From NCBI RefSeq assembly GCF_006345805.1, contig NC_042997.1:11346001-11410000 (forward strand): DNA of 64,000 nucleotides, written 5' to 3'. Source of the stretch: Octopus sinensis. Taxonomy: Eukaryota. Numbering within the stretch: the first letter of the stretch is position 1; the number at the start of each line of letters is the position of its first letter. Shown piece after piece: positions 24,947 to 39,137 of the stretch. The translations under genes were made by a program, and so were the position numbers. The notes beneath the pieces are model-generated. The model was given only the letters and a program-made list of their open reading frames with translations. It did not search any database and had not been told where the DNA came from.

Positions 24947-26074
24947 GTAAATAAAAATATTTTTTTGTTTTATTTTCCCTTTGTTATTTATCTTCTGTTG
25001 GACCAACTGTCTTATTTTCCTTTTAATAAGCATCCAACATGTCTCCCCACTCAGTGCCTTTTAGAATTTGTCCTCTAGCTAGGAATTTGCATCATTGAAT
25101 GCAGTTAATGTATTTCCATATTATTGTGTCTTCAGACTTGGTTTCCTCTTTAAAATTCTTCATCCATCTGTGTACATTGCTCTTACCAAATGGGTCACCT
25201 CTATAAACAACTTGTGACTTTATGGTGCTGCCAACAACCTGTACTTTAACCAGAATTCAACGATAGCACATTAGTCTATGAGGGAATTCAAATCGCATTC
25301 AAATCAGCATTGACTTTAATTCTTTCAGAGTTAAGAGGTCTGGTTGGTGTAGTGGTGCAATTTAACTGACTAACCCCTCTCCTAAATTATGTCTATATTA
25401 GAGATCTTTATGCATTATTTAAGGTATGCAAATGGGATCTTTACCCTTTGAACTGCAGATTGAGAAATTAATTTTTTGTAACTAAACACTTACAAACTTC
25501 GGACACTGGTAGAATGTATCATATAAAAAATCTTTTACTCTTAATGTTGTTGAGGAAAGTTTGTATTTTCAAAGTTATTTCGTGTTAAAGTTGTCATATT
25601 TCCGGTAATTTCAACCAATCAACGATGTGTATTCAGCTGAATAAAATTACTGCCGTTGTTTGTCAACAACAACTTCTGGCAGTGTATATTCCATTTGTCA
25701 CTGTTATTTATGACATATTTCATCTCAGTTTCATCTCGTATGAATAAACGAGTGTATCTGAAGCACGTTTACTTCATGGCACCACCACAATCATTCATGC
25801 ATTTCTGCTGCTTTTAGGTCTTTTTTTCCTGTTTTTCAGCTTCTATTTTCGAAAAACTTTTTTGCCCCTCCCCTCCAATTTCTTCATTTTTTCACTTTTT
25901 TCCACCGCAGCCCCATGCTTTTCAGTGACATAAAGGTGTTAAGTATGTTAGTATATCATATTGTGTGGTAAGTAGCTTGCTTACCAACCACACGGTTCTG
26001 TGTTCAGTCCCACTGTGTGACACCTTGGCCAAGTGTCTTCTACTATAGCCTTGGGCCGAACAAAGCCTTGTATG

Positions 26075-26213
26075 TATGCATGTGTATGTGTGTGTGTATA
26101 TATATATATAATATGTATGTATATGTATGTATGTAGATGTATGTATGTAAATGTATGTATATGTATGTATGTAAATGTATGTATATGTATGTATGTATGT
26201 ATATGTATGTATG

Positions 26214-26264
<51 letters not shown>

Positions 26265-26790
26265 TTGTATATATATGTATGTATATATATATATGGTTGT
26301 ACCCACTACACTCACGGAGTGGTTGACGTTAGGAAGGGCATCCAGCCGTAGAAACACTGCCAGGTCAGACTGGGCCTGATGCAGCCTTCTGGCTTCACAG
26401 ACCCCAGTTGAACCGTCCAACCCATGCTAGCATGGAAAGCGGACGCTAAATGATGATGATGATGATGATGGTTGTATATATATGTATGTATATATATATA
26501 TATGGTTGTATATATATGTACATATACATATATATGTATGTATTTGTATGTATATGTATGTAGGTATGTATGTGTATATATATAATGTGCATGTATATAT
26601 GTGTGTATGTGTATATATGTATGTATGTGTATATATGTATGTGCATATATGTATGTATGTATGTGCATATATATATGTATGTGCATATATGTATGTATGT
26701 ATGTGCATGTATATATGCATGTGTATATATGTGTTTATATATATGTATGTGAATGTATATCTATGTGTATGTATATATGTATGTAAAATG
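26075..26790. repeat. Compound (TA)/(TATG)/(TG) microsatellite field enclosing a family D fragment
   Basis: Directly visible. Confidence 0.9.
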
Positions 26791-28003
26791 ACACATGCAA
26801 CAGTATATGCCTGGTGATGAGAGACTGGTGATGAGTGGTGAGATGCTATGAGTTCTAGGAACTTGTGTTAATATAGAAACATTTGTGTGTGTATGTGTGT
26901 TTGAAAACAAAAATGTCTTTTGTGCCCTTTAGATAAACAAATTTATAAAAAAAATATTTAACATAGAAAATCTAGGCCAGAACGGGAAGAAATAAGTGGA
27001 AGTGATAACATGTCAAAAGGTTTTGAATTCGGAATATCTGAATAGAGTAACTTCTAATCTCTCTCAAATTTGGAGCACTGACAAATTGAGGTCAGTTTGA
27101 AATCTAATTATTATCTGGAAGTATTTTGGTACTGCAGCTGAAAATTTGCTGTGAAACTGTCTTCAATTGGGGTTGTATCACTCCAGGGCCCATATCTTGC
27201 TAATTCTCTGACTCCATTCAAGAGAAATAAAATGCTGATGTTTTATTTATTTGATTTTTATTTGAGCATAAAACCATCAAGTTCTAAAGAATGATATTGA
27301 TTAAATGAGATTATTGGACATTCATACCTTTGAACATCATTTATGGTGTATATGTAAGTGAATACTTTAATCAGAAATGGAAATAAGCTTCTGAACTTAA
27401 CACCTACTTCAGAGGAAGAATTTGGTTAATTCTTAAGCCACTTTATTTGATTCTTCAAATTGAATTGATACAAGAATTTTTTATTTTTATGTTTTTGAGA
27501 GGAATTATCTTGTCATTGATTCATTCCTAGTATATTACTGATACGTATGTTTTAACTTCCAGCTATGAGTTATGCAGAGTACATCCGTGTGTGTGTGTGT
27601 GTGTGTGTGTCTGTCTGTCTGTCTGTCTGTGTTTGTCTGTGTGTGTGTGTGTGTGCGTTCGTGTGTCTCTGTGTGTGTGTCTATACATTCATTTATAGAT
27701 AACCATTCATCCACTCCAACTTCATCATTGGTTTAGTATTTACTGTTCCATGCTTGCATAGGTCAGGTGAAACTTATTGGAACAAATTTTCTATGGCCAT
27801 GTTTTGTTCTTGTGCCGACCCTCACCTATTTCCAAGTGAACTAATAAATTCCCTTGTCCTTCAATCACAAACAGCACGGAAGCCAGACATGTTTTCTTTC
27901 ACTGCTTGTATGTTTTGTGACATTTGTTTACACTTAGTGTAAGATATCACGACAAGGAGGCACTTAACACTCCCACATATTGAAGCATAGTTATACATAC
28001 TTA

Positions 28004-28896
28004 CCATAAATCCTCGAGTATAATCCGCATTTTTTTCCCAAAATTTGAAGATCAAAATCTTTACTGTGTTAAAAATGAAAATTATTTTCTAAGCAATGTT
28101 CAATTCTCTGTTTGCTGTCCGGCAATGTTTATTCAGACGCATTTTCTGATGTCGGGCACGAAAATACCCTAAGATAAGCCTGGAAGCAATAAAGTCATAA
28201 AAGAATCATCCATAACTTGCAGTAAGCAACATTTATTAATAGTTGTTACTGTTATTTCTTTATTTTCTGCAAACAAAATGCACAGAAATGCTACACGTTT
28301 GCATTATGTTATATATACAACTAGCAGTATCGCCCAGCGTTGCTCGGGTTTGTAAGGGAAATAACTATATAAGCATTTTTAGAGATGTAATGTATAATAG
28401 CCATCTCAATATGGCTAACCACAAAGGGGGGTGTTACTGTAGCTTTTTACGTTCTGAGATTTAATAATACATTTTTAGAGAGTTACTTCCCTTATATAAC
28501 AGCAAAAAAATGCATTAAAAATGGGAAAAAATGATGGTAAATTTTTTTAAAAATCGTAGACTCATCGTAGATGCGCGCTAATACCCAGAAGGGCTCGATA
28601 TGAATCACGACTATAAGATACCTGGTTTTGGTTAAACTGCACCGCAAAATGTGGGAGTAGTTAGGAATCTAAATTGTAGGAGACAGACACACAATTTGAC
28701 TTTTATATATAAAGATAATAATAAAGGATGTTACCGTATACATTTTTACAAACCAAGGACGTTATATGGACCTCCTTGACTCAAGTTAGAGAAGGGGTGC
28801 GCATTATACACAAGGTTTAGGTTTTTCAGAGGTACAGCCCCCTAAAAATTCCCTGTGTATTATACTTAAGGGCGGACTATACTCGAGGATTTACAG
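28004..28896. mobile_element. pogo-like MITE with nested Helitron-like insertion
   Basis: TIRs CCATAAATCCTCGAGTATAATCCGC / GCGGACTATACTCGAGGATTTACAG, flanked by TA. Insert at ~28320-28716. Confidence 0.75.
28320..28716 (+). mobile_element. Short Helitron/Helentron-like element (copy 3, nested)
   Basis: Same termini; inserted inside the pogo-like MITE. Confidence 0.6.
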
Positions 28897-31725
28897 TACA
28901 TGTTGTCATCGCTGCTATGATGATCATCATGATCATTGTGATGATGATGTTTTCGTTGTAGCCCACTTTTCCATACTTGCAGGGATCGGACAGAATTTAC
29001 CAAGGCAGATTTTCTACATTTGGGTGCCATTCCTCTCGTTAACACTTTCCTGTTTCCTAGCAAGATAATATTTCCCCAAGGCTAGATGTGTTTTCACAGA
29101 AGCCTTAAAACAAGTGACTCCACTTGTCCTGACTATACAAGAGCATCCAGCTGTTAAAATATCTGCCTTGACAAATTTTGTGTGACGTATGCAATCATGG
29201 AAAAGTAGAGGCACAGGAGTGGCTGTGTGGTAAGCAGCTTGCTTACCAACCACATGGTTCTGGGTTCAGTCCCACTGCATGCCACCTTGGGCAAGTGTCT
29301 TCTACTATAGCCTAGGGCCTTGTGAGTGGACTTCGTAGATGGAAACTGAAAGAAGCCCGTCGTATATCAGCATCATCATCATCATCATTTAACGTCTGCT
29401 TTCCATGCTAGCATGGGTTGGACGATTTGACTGAGGGCTGGCGAACCAGATGGCTGCACCAGGGTATATATGTATATATATATGTTTGTGTGTGTGTTTA
29501 TGTGTCCATGTTTGTCCCGCCCCCCAACATCGCTTGACAACCGATGGTGGTGTGTTTACGTCACTGTAACTTAGCGGTTCGGCAAAAGAGACCGATAGAA
29601 TAAGTACTACTAGGCTTACAAAGAATAAGTCCTGGGGTCGATTTTCTTGACTAAAGGCGGTGCTCCAGCATGGCCACAGACATATGACTGAAACAAGTAA
29701 AAAGAGTAAAAAAAAAACAAAAAGATTAAACTGATGTGTATAAGATTACTGAGATAGTGTTGGTTGTAATATTTACTACTCAGTTGCTTTGTCAAATCCT
29801 GTTTTTCTCTGGTTTACTTTTACTTACGTAGTCAAACTGGGTTAGATCTCTTAGTTGTTATCTTTTTTTTCCTTGGCCTTCATTTCGCTGTTTTAAAGTT
29901 TATTGAATATTCATTGCTTTAAGTGATTAGAAAGTTAAGTTGTTTGACTACTTTCTCTAAACTACTGTATTACCTGTTCAGACACTTCTATGCTTGGTTA
30001 CCTCCGCCAAGGAAGGAGGTTAGGTTTTCATCGGCATTGATTTGTCCGTCTGTCTGTGTGCAAAATAACTCAAAAAGTTGTGAACGGTATTTGATGAAAC
30101 TTGCAGGAAAAGTTGATAACGACACAAGGAATAGATGATGAAATTTTTATGGATTCTTGAAGGATTTTTCATTTGTTGTATTTACTTTACATGACGTATT
30201 ACGATGTTACGTGCTTTGATTATCTCCCTTGAAAACACAACATTTCCATGTAACCTATGGTGGCGTTGCTGTTTACAGACAGTGTTGATGATGATGATGG
30301 TCGAGATAAGTATGGGAAGAGGATAAAATAGTATCAGTTATAATGGCGACAGGAGCGGTGTGATGCTGAGGTGATGGTGGTAATAGTGGTGTTGATGATA
30401 GTGTTAGCTGTGTGATGGTGGTATTGCAGTGGTTATACTGGTTGTGGTGGTGAAAGTGACTGTCAAAGTAACCGTCATGATAACATTGATGGCAGTGTAT
30501 GTGGTTGAAGTGGAAGCAATGACAATGCTGCTGATGATGTTGGTGGTTGTGAAATGCTTCAGATGATTCCTGTTTTTAAAGGGTTTTTTTTTCTTAAAAT
30601 CATTACTCTTTTACTTGTTTCAGTCATTTGACTGCGGCCTTGCTGGAGCACCGCCTTTAGTCGAGCAAATCGACCCCGGGACTTATTCTTTGTAAGCCCA
30701 GTACTTATTCTATCGGTCTCTTTTGCCAAACCGCTAAGTGATGGGGACGTAAACACACCAGCATCGGTTGTCAAGCAATGCTAGGGGGACAAACACAGTC
30801 ACACAAACACACACACATACACATATATATATATATATATATACATATATACGACAGGCTTCTTTCAGTTTCCGTCTACCAAATCCACTCACAAGGCATT
30901 GGTCGGCCCGGGGCTATAGCAGAAGACACTTGCCCAAGATGCCACGCAGTGGTACTGAACCCAGAACCATGTGGTTGGTTAGCAAGCTACTTACCACACA
31001 GCCACTCTTGCTGTGTTATAATTTTTTTTTTTTTACTCCCACTAAGGAGGTTATGTTTTTGCCAGCGTTGGTTTGGGAAATTGGGCAACTTTCAGCATGC
31101 GTGTATATGGGTGGAAATGAGCTGCTTGGTAGAGGTCTGCGCTCTCCGTGTGCTTTTCTAGTTGAATATTCATTGCTTTAAGTGATTAGAAAGTTGTTTG
31201 ACTACTTTCTCCAAACTACTTTATTGTCTGTTCAGACACTTCTATGCCTGGTTGACAGGATGGGTTGTAGTCAGTAGGCATTTGAGAGAAATTTGATGTG
31301 GTCTTTCTGTTTGTTAGAAATAGTAGCTAACCTCAAATTTTCTCTCAAAAATGTGCCATACAATATAAAAAAAAAAAAAAGGTAGGATAACTCAGGTAAT
31401 GTAATCGTATATACTACGTGTAATAAAAAGACAAGGTGGTCACAGCTGGTATGTTTTTTGATTCAAGATGAACTCAAAAAAACAGCTGACATCAACAACA
31501 ATTGTGCCAACAGTAGCCAGATGTTCAAATTTGACAAAAATCCATTCCCCACTCATGTCAGTATGGGATAACGAGTCTAAATCATTGAAAATGATCAAAA
31601 ACAAAAATAAATCTAGAAAATCTATTTCTCTGTCTAGATTAAGTGTTTCCACAATTGTTAATATTTTCACACCTAGTTATACCAAAGTATCAAACCAAAA
31701 TTCTAAATATAAAGTCTTAATATAA

Positions 31726-32060
31726 AGACCCCCTTCGGTCATGAATGACCATGGGATTGCACCTAGAAAGTTACCCTCCTAGACACAAGTCCGGGCAAGG
31801 TTGTTTATGGAAGACCAGCAGTCGCCCATGCATACCAGCCTCCCCTCTCCACGCCACCAGTGTTATCCAAGGGAAAGACAAAGGTCGATACAGCTTGGCA
31901 CCAGTGACGTCGCAACTCATTTCTACAGCTGAATGAACTGGAGCAACGTGAAATAAAGTGCCTTGCTCAAGAACACAACACGCAGCCCGGTCCGGGATTC
32001 GAGCTCACAACCTCACGATCGTAAGCTCAACGCTCTAACCACTGAGCCATGCGCCTTCAC
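31726..32060 (-). mobile_element. tRNA-derived SINE (further family) with TSD
   Basis: 15-bp TSD AAAGTCTTAATATAA (31711-25, 32061-75). A decayed + strand relative at ~39270-39603 has TSD TTTGTTAGAT. Confidence 0.85.
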
Positions 32061-35000
32061 AAAGTCTTAATATAATATAAGGTATTGCTATAAAACATGT
32101 CAACTAAAACTAATTTCAATGGGATGTGAGTGTTTTGTATTTGTATTATTCATTTTACCCATTATCCATAAAAATGGATAAGATTATAAAAAGAAAACAA
32201 AGCAGTGTTGACTGTGAATGTAAAAGTATAACCCAGAAACATCTAGGCCTAATATTAAGGAGGTCATAGGCAACATACACTTTACTCTTTTACTTGTTTC
32301 AGTCATTTTGACTGTGGCCATGCTGGAGCACCGCCTTTAGTCGAGCAAATCGACCCCAGGACTTATTCTTTGTAAGCTTAGTACTTATTCTATCGGTCTC
32401 TTTTGCCGAACCGCTAAGTTACGGGGACGTAAACACACCAACATCGGTTGTCAAGCGATGTTGGGGAGACAAACACAGACACACAAACATATATACACAC
32501 ACACGCCGAAATTGCTAGGATGATCCGGTTCTTGACTGAAGATTGAAGGCTTCGAATGTCTCGTCCGTGTTTTTTTGTATCGTCTTCTAAATGTTTTACG
32601 TTCTTGTCCCAGTTTGTATTTTTCTACATATAATATATATGTATATACACACACATTCACATATATATGACGGGCTTCTTTCAGTTTCCGTCTACCAAAT
32701 CCACTCACAACGCTTTGGTCAGCCTGAGGCTATAGTAGAAGATACTCGCCCATGGTGCCACGCAGTGGGATTGAACCTGAAACCACGTGGTTCATAACCA
32801 AGCTACTTACCACACAGCCACTCCATTTCTCCTTTTCACTTGAAATGAGTATTAAACCTATTTTTCCCCACTGTGTGTTGATTGTGGCAAAAAATATTGA
32901 ATGCAACTATAGTATTTATCAGGTTAAAAAAAACAAGACCCGTTGAGGCAAGTGAGGATCAGAATGGAAATCGATCAATGGAAATTGCAGATGTGTTACC
33001 AGTGCCGGTGGCATGTAAGAGAACCTTCCGTTTCGCGACCGTTGCCAGCACCGCCCCGTTTCGTGTCCGTTGCCAGCCTCGCCTGGCTCTTGTGCCGGTG
33101 GCACATAAAAAGCACCATCCGTTCGTGGCCGTTTGCCAGCTCTGTCTGGCACCTGTGCGAGTGGCACGTAAAAAGCACCCACTACACTCACGGAGTGGTT
33201 GGCGTTAGGAAGGGCATCCAGCCATAGAAACACTGCCAGATTTGACTGGGCCTGATGAAGCCTTCTGGCTTCACAGACCCCAGTAGAACCGTCCTACCCA
33301 TGCTAGCATGGAAAACGGACGCTAAACGACGATGATGATGATGATGAAAACAACAACAAAAAAATAGCAATTTAAGCAAGGAAGCTATTTACAAAAAACA
33401 ATTACTTTTTTAAAATGTCTTAATTGCTTCTAATGAGGTAGTCAAAATGATTATGCAATCAACTCATACTCACCTTGTGATTTGAGGTGCAACTGGACTT
33501 GTACCACCTGTTGATTATTTTCACCCTCTCTCCAAAAGGTAACATGTAGCTCCTTTACAATAACCTGTTCACTCCCCCCTCCTTCCCTTTTTCGTATCCC
33601 TCATCTCTTTGTGTAAAGTTGTCCCCCACAAGGTTTTGTAGTCTTGTTAGCTGCATGGCAATCTCAATAGTTCTAGTGGCATGCAAAACGCACCACAATA
33701 CATTCTGTAAAGTGGTTGGCATTAGGAAAGGTATCTAGTGTTCAAAACCATTCCAAAGCAGACACTGGAGCACAATGTGGTCCTTAGACCCATCAGATCC
33801 TGTCAAACCATCCAACCTATGATGATGATGATGATCATCATCATCATTTAATGTCTGCTTTCCATGCTAGCATGGGTTGGACGAATGACTGAGGGCTGGT
33901 GAACCAGATGGCTGCACCAGGCTCCAGTCTGATCTGGCAGAGTTTCTACAGCTGGATGCCCTTCTTAATGCCAACCACTCCAAGAGTGTAGTGGGTGCTT
34001 TTACGTGCCACCGGCATGGGGCCAGTCATGTGGTACTGGCAACAACCTTGCTCAAATCTTTTACACATGCCACCGGCACAGGCGATGCTGGTTATGGTAG
34101 ATGATGATGATGATGATGACAGACTTTTTCTGAGAGCACGAAATTATTGGCCCTTTCAACAACCTTTTAGATTTTGTTTTTAATATTTTTGAAACTTGCA
34201 CCTTCATATATAGAAATCGGTGCATCTGGGTACAATTAGAAGTCAATTATTTTTCCTGCATATTTAAAAAGAGGTTAAAACCATGTTTAAAAAAAGGAAG
34301 GAGAACAAGAAATAAATATAATTCCTCTCGCAAATAATATTGTTGATGTATGGTAGAAGAAAATATGTCTTTTTATCTTCTACTTGTGGACTGCGACCAT
34401 GCTGGGGCAGTGGCAGTACCCTTGAATTTTTTGATAAATGAATTGACCCCAGTACAGTTTTTCTTTTAAAGCCTGGTACTTATTCTATCAGTTATTTTGC
34501 TGAACTGCTAGGTCCCTGAGATGTAAAGACACCAACATCTGTTGTCAAGCTGTGGTGGGAGACACATACACACACACACGACCCCTACATCCCTCCTTAG
34601 CTGAGTGATCCTAATCGTGGGCTTGTGATTGCTGGTTCCATGTAAAAAGCACCTGTGCCAGTGCTGTGTAAAAGCACCCAGTATACTCTAAAGTGGTTGG
34701 CATTAGGAAGGGCATCCAGCTGTAGAAACCATGCCAAAACAGACATGGCGCTGTGGCTGCTCTCCACTTGGCCAGCTCCTGTCAAACTGTCCAACCCATG
34801 CCAGCCTGGAAAATGGATGTTCGATGATGATGAATGCCTAATACTGTTTCCAATAAAATCTTAGAAATTAATTTCCTGTTTTTTTTTTTTATTTTTGCTC
34901 TAATGCAATGGCTGTGTGGTAAGTAGCTTGCTTACCAACCACATTGTTCAAGGATTCAGTCCCACTGCGTGGCACCTTGGGCAAGTGTCTTCTACTATAG

Positions 35001-35062
35001 CCTCGGGCCGACCAAAGCCTTGTGAGTGGATTTGGTAGACGGAAACCGAAAGAAGCCCATCG

Positions 35063-35097
<35 letters not shown>

Positions 35098-35320
35098 TTG
35101 TGCCCCCAACATCGCTTGACAACCGATGCTGGTGTGTTTACATCCCCGTAACTTAGCGGTTTGGCAAAAGAGACCGATAGAATAAGTACTGGGCTTACAA
35201 AGAATAATTCTTGGGGTCGATGTGCTCGACTAAAGGCAGTGCTCCAGCATGGCCACAGTCAAAAGACTGAAACAAGTAAAAGAATAAAAGAGTAATGTGC
35301 TTTTAATTTTCTATTCACAG

Positions 35321-35424
35321 TTGCTGGTCACAAAGGTCAGTTTGTTGCTGGTCACATAGGTGGCAAATATGTAATTGTTATGCAAGGACGACTGCATGCC
35401 TATGAAGGATATTCGATGGCAAAG
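35321..35424 (+). CDS. PNP: PNP internal coding exon (104 nt)
   Basis: ttcacag|TT GCT...GCA AAG|gtatgt gives (V)AGHKGQFVAGHIGGKYVIVMQGRLHAYEGYSMAK, with the MQGRxHxYEG motif. Confidence 0.96.
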
Positions 35425-35637
35425 GTATGTAGCTAATGACATTGTAAGTATGACTGAGTAGTTAAGAAACTTGCTTTGCAATTGCATGGTTTCAGGTTCA
35501 GTCCCCACTGTGTATTACCTTGGGTAAATTTCTACATGATAACCCTGGATCAAACAAAGACTTGGGAATGAACTTGGTAGACAGAAACTGTGGAAACCTG
35601 TAGTGTATGTACACACACACACACACACACACATACA

Positions 35638-36498
35638 CAGGGTGCGGTGAATAAACTGTCATCTAAATTACACAAAAATGAAAATAACACTGACATCTCA
35701 TTTTAACAGATATATTTACCAAAATTACATAAAAAATATGTTGAAATACTAAAGAGTAAATTTATTCAATAAAATTGGCCATCAGCTTCAACCACAGCCT
35801 CCAGACGACTTTGGAATTTCCTGAAACTTTTCTGGACAGTCTACTTGTTTACGTTGGTGAATGCTGCCATAATCCTTGCCTTCAGTTCATCTTTGGTGTT
35901 ACAAGGAGTTTTGTTGGTGTCTCGCTCAACTGTACCCCACACATAATAATCAAGGGGGTTACAGTCTGGGGAGTTAGGTGGCCAGATGTTAGGGGTGATG
36001 TGGTTTCAGAAATTGTCTGACAGCCATGACTGGGTTCTCCTGTGTGTCTGGCATGGTGCAGAGTCCTGTTGCCAGACAGGGTCTTCCAGCAGCCACCCTC
36101 TTGACCCAGGGCAGCACTACCTCCTCCAGGCTCTTGATATATGTTGAGTCTGAGGCTGTATGGGAAGATGAATGGAAGCATAACATCACCATCATTAGTG
36201 TTCACTCCAAACACCATGATGTTGACTGGATGTTTGATTTTTATCGCTCTTGGTACATGTCCTCAAACTGACATCCAAACACTCTGAACCATTTGTATTG
36301 GAGCTTCCAGCATGAATGCCAAGCTGTACAGCATGTCATTTCCAAATTTCTAGCAGAGTGAATTGCATCATGGAGTTGTTTTTCTCATAGACAGTGCCCA
36401 ACTGACCCTATGATACTGTGTAGTTGACAAAATCAAAAACAGTGTGCATGTGTGAAATTGAAAATATAAAATGGCCACAATTTACCCACCGCATTCTG
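35638..36498 (-). mobile_element. Decayed IS630/Tc1/mariner element (maT-like)
   Basis: Imperfect TIRs CAGRRTGCGGTG..TAAAYTG flanked by (T)A. Minus-strand remnants MVFGVNTNDGDVM and WPPNSPDCNPLDY. Confidence 0.75.
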
Positions 36499-36599
36499 TA
36501 TACATACAATGTGCAGATGTTATTCATTCACATGATGATGGTCCCAGGATAAAATAAAGCAGTGATATTATTTTTTAAGAAAATTTGTCAAATTTGGGT

Positions 36600-37440
36600 C
36601 AGTTTTTTTTCATGGCATCTTCTGTCAATGTCACTTGATGTACCTGTTTTTGGTGTGAATGACAGCCTCCTGGTAACCTCGGAACCAGCTACAGACCTTC
36701 GCCACTATCTCTCATTTTAGGCCCCTAAAGACCCTGGTAATCCTGGCCCTCAGCTCGTCCATCATGTTGCAGTTGGTTTTGTTGGTCTCTCATTCCACTG
36801 TGCTCCACACAAGTCAAGGGGGTTGCACACAGGCAAGATGGGAGGCCAAATGTCAGGTGCTGCGTGATTGAAGAACTTCTCCTAAAGCCAGGTCTGGGTC
36901 TTCCAGCTAGTATAGCCTTCCTGCAGTTAATCCAAGGCTTCACCACCTTGCTCAGAACACAGATATATCTGTTAATGTTCAGTCTGAGACTTTTAGGAAA
37001 GAAGTGGAATGGCATTCACTGCCGTTGACACTGGAAGACCATGGTTATTGCTGGAAATTTGTCTGCATGACTCTGGGCACATCTTTGAGAGAACCACCTA
37101 TTGTTCTGGTAATTGATTTTCTGAGCATGGCAGAAATTCTTGTCGGAGAAGAACCCCAGCATGTCTGACTCCAGCAGGTGTTTCAAGTTGCTTGGTATGC
37201 TTAATCTGCTTTTCCTATTTCACATTGGACAGAAATTCTCTTTTCTTCACCTTGTATGAAAAGTATCGAACATTCTCAGACACCAGCAACCTGATGAGCT
37301 TTTCATCCACACCTTTCTCCCGTGCTAGGATCATTGTTAATGATCTGAATTTCTGTGATGAATTCTGGTGTCAGATCGTTTATCATGGGTTTCCCCTCTC
37401 TGCTGTCCCCTCATAATTTGAATCCTGAATCTTTCGGCTC
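36600..37440 (-). mobile_element. Tc1/mariner-family transposase remnant
   Basis: Minus-strand DIWPP..CNPLD remnant; highly degraded. Confidence 0.55.
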
Positions 37441-38961
37441 CTTTCTAACCTTTTCCACTATCCTTTTGCTGATGTTGAGGAAGCCTGAAATCTTGTCTGT
37501 CCTTCTGGATTTCAAAGAGGACTCAGTTTCTCTTCCACAAATTGAAGGGTTCAAAATTTTCCATAGTCAAATTACACAGCAAAAAAATAAAGCAAAAATG
37601 GCTATTATTGTTAAGAAGAAAAAGACTGACAATGAAAGTAAAAAAAAAGGTATGTGTAAAATTAGCATTTGAAAATTGCAAATAAATACTGCTTGCACCT
37701 TGTATGTTTGTCTGTAATGAATATCTATATATGATGAACTGGAGAGCTACACCTATATATATGTATAAGTTGTGAAGTGCACTATTCAAGAGTGGTTGAT
37801 GCCAGTACTGCCTGACTGACTCTCTTGCTGGTGGCATGTAAAAAGCACCCACTACACTCACAGAGTGGTTGGCGTTAGGAAGGGCATCCGGCTGTAGAAA
37901 CCTTGCCAGATCAGATTGGAGCCTGGTGCAGCCTTCTGGCTTGCCAGCCCTGTCACACCATCCAACCCATGCCAGCATGGAAAGCAGATGTTAAACGATG
38001 ATGATGATGATAATCATGAGGTGCAGCTCTCCAGCTCATCATCTCCAGTCAAACCGTCTAACCCATGCCAGCATGGAGAGCAGTTGTTAAATGTTGATGA
38101 TAATATATGCATCATCATCATCATCGTTTAACGTCCATTTTCCATGCTAGCATGGGTTGGACGGTTTGACCGGGGTCTGGGAAGCCAGGAGGCTGCACCA
38201 GGCTCCAATCTGATCTAGCAGTGTCTCTACAGCTGGATGCCCTTCCTAATGCCAACCACTCCGTGAGTGTAGTGAGCGCTTTTTACGTGCCACCGGCACA
38301 GGTGTCAGGGGAAGCTGGCAATGGCCACAATCGGTTGGTTCTTTTTGCGTGCCACTGGCACAGAAGCCAGTCAAGGTGGTGCTGGCATCAGCCACATTAA
38401 GATGGTGCTTTTTACATGCCACTGGCATGGGTATCACAACTACAATTTCCATTTGATTTTTATTTTGATGTTGATGTACTTGACTCAATAGGTCCCCTCA
38501 AGCACAGCAGGTTGCCCTACAATTCCAAGGTAAGCACAACAGGCTGTCCTGCAATCCAAGGTACTTTGGATGGGCTGGGGCTGCTATGTGAAGCTGGTGC
38601 AGGAAACAGCCATGAACTCACATGCACACACACACGTGTGTGTGTGTATGTATGTTGTCTGTCCGCCCCCCCCAACTATTAGTTTAGATTAGATTTGATA
38701 GATAATTACAATTTTTTAACTAAACACTTACCCTCTCCTCATCCACATAGAAAGAAATATGCTTACACACATAATCAAGAAGAGAGAGAGAGGAGGAGGA
38801 AAGACAGAGCAAAACATTAAAACCTCTAATTTCAAATAAGTTAACATTGTATCATTGATGTCAGATAGGGGATACCAAAATGGCCGTGCTAAAACCTCTC
38901 ATACTCTTTTTGGACTGTGCTTTTCATTTCTCTTTTAACACATAAATACTTTTACTTGTAG

Positions 38962-39137
38962 GCCACGGTGCCAGTTCGAGTGATGAAACTTCTTGGTGTT
39001 GAAACTTTGATTGTCACCAATGCAGCTGGAGGCCTTAACCAGAGCTATAATGTTGGGGATTTCATGATCATAAAGGACCAAATCAATTTCCCTGGCTTCG
39101 TTGGAATTAATCCACTGAAAGGACCAAACGATGAAAG
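38962..39137 (+). CDS. PNP: PNP internal coding exon (176 nt)
   Basis: cttgtag|GCC ACG...GAA AG|gtaaac gives [58 protein letters not shown](R), with the TNAAGG and NPLxGPN motifs. Confidence 0.96.
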
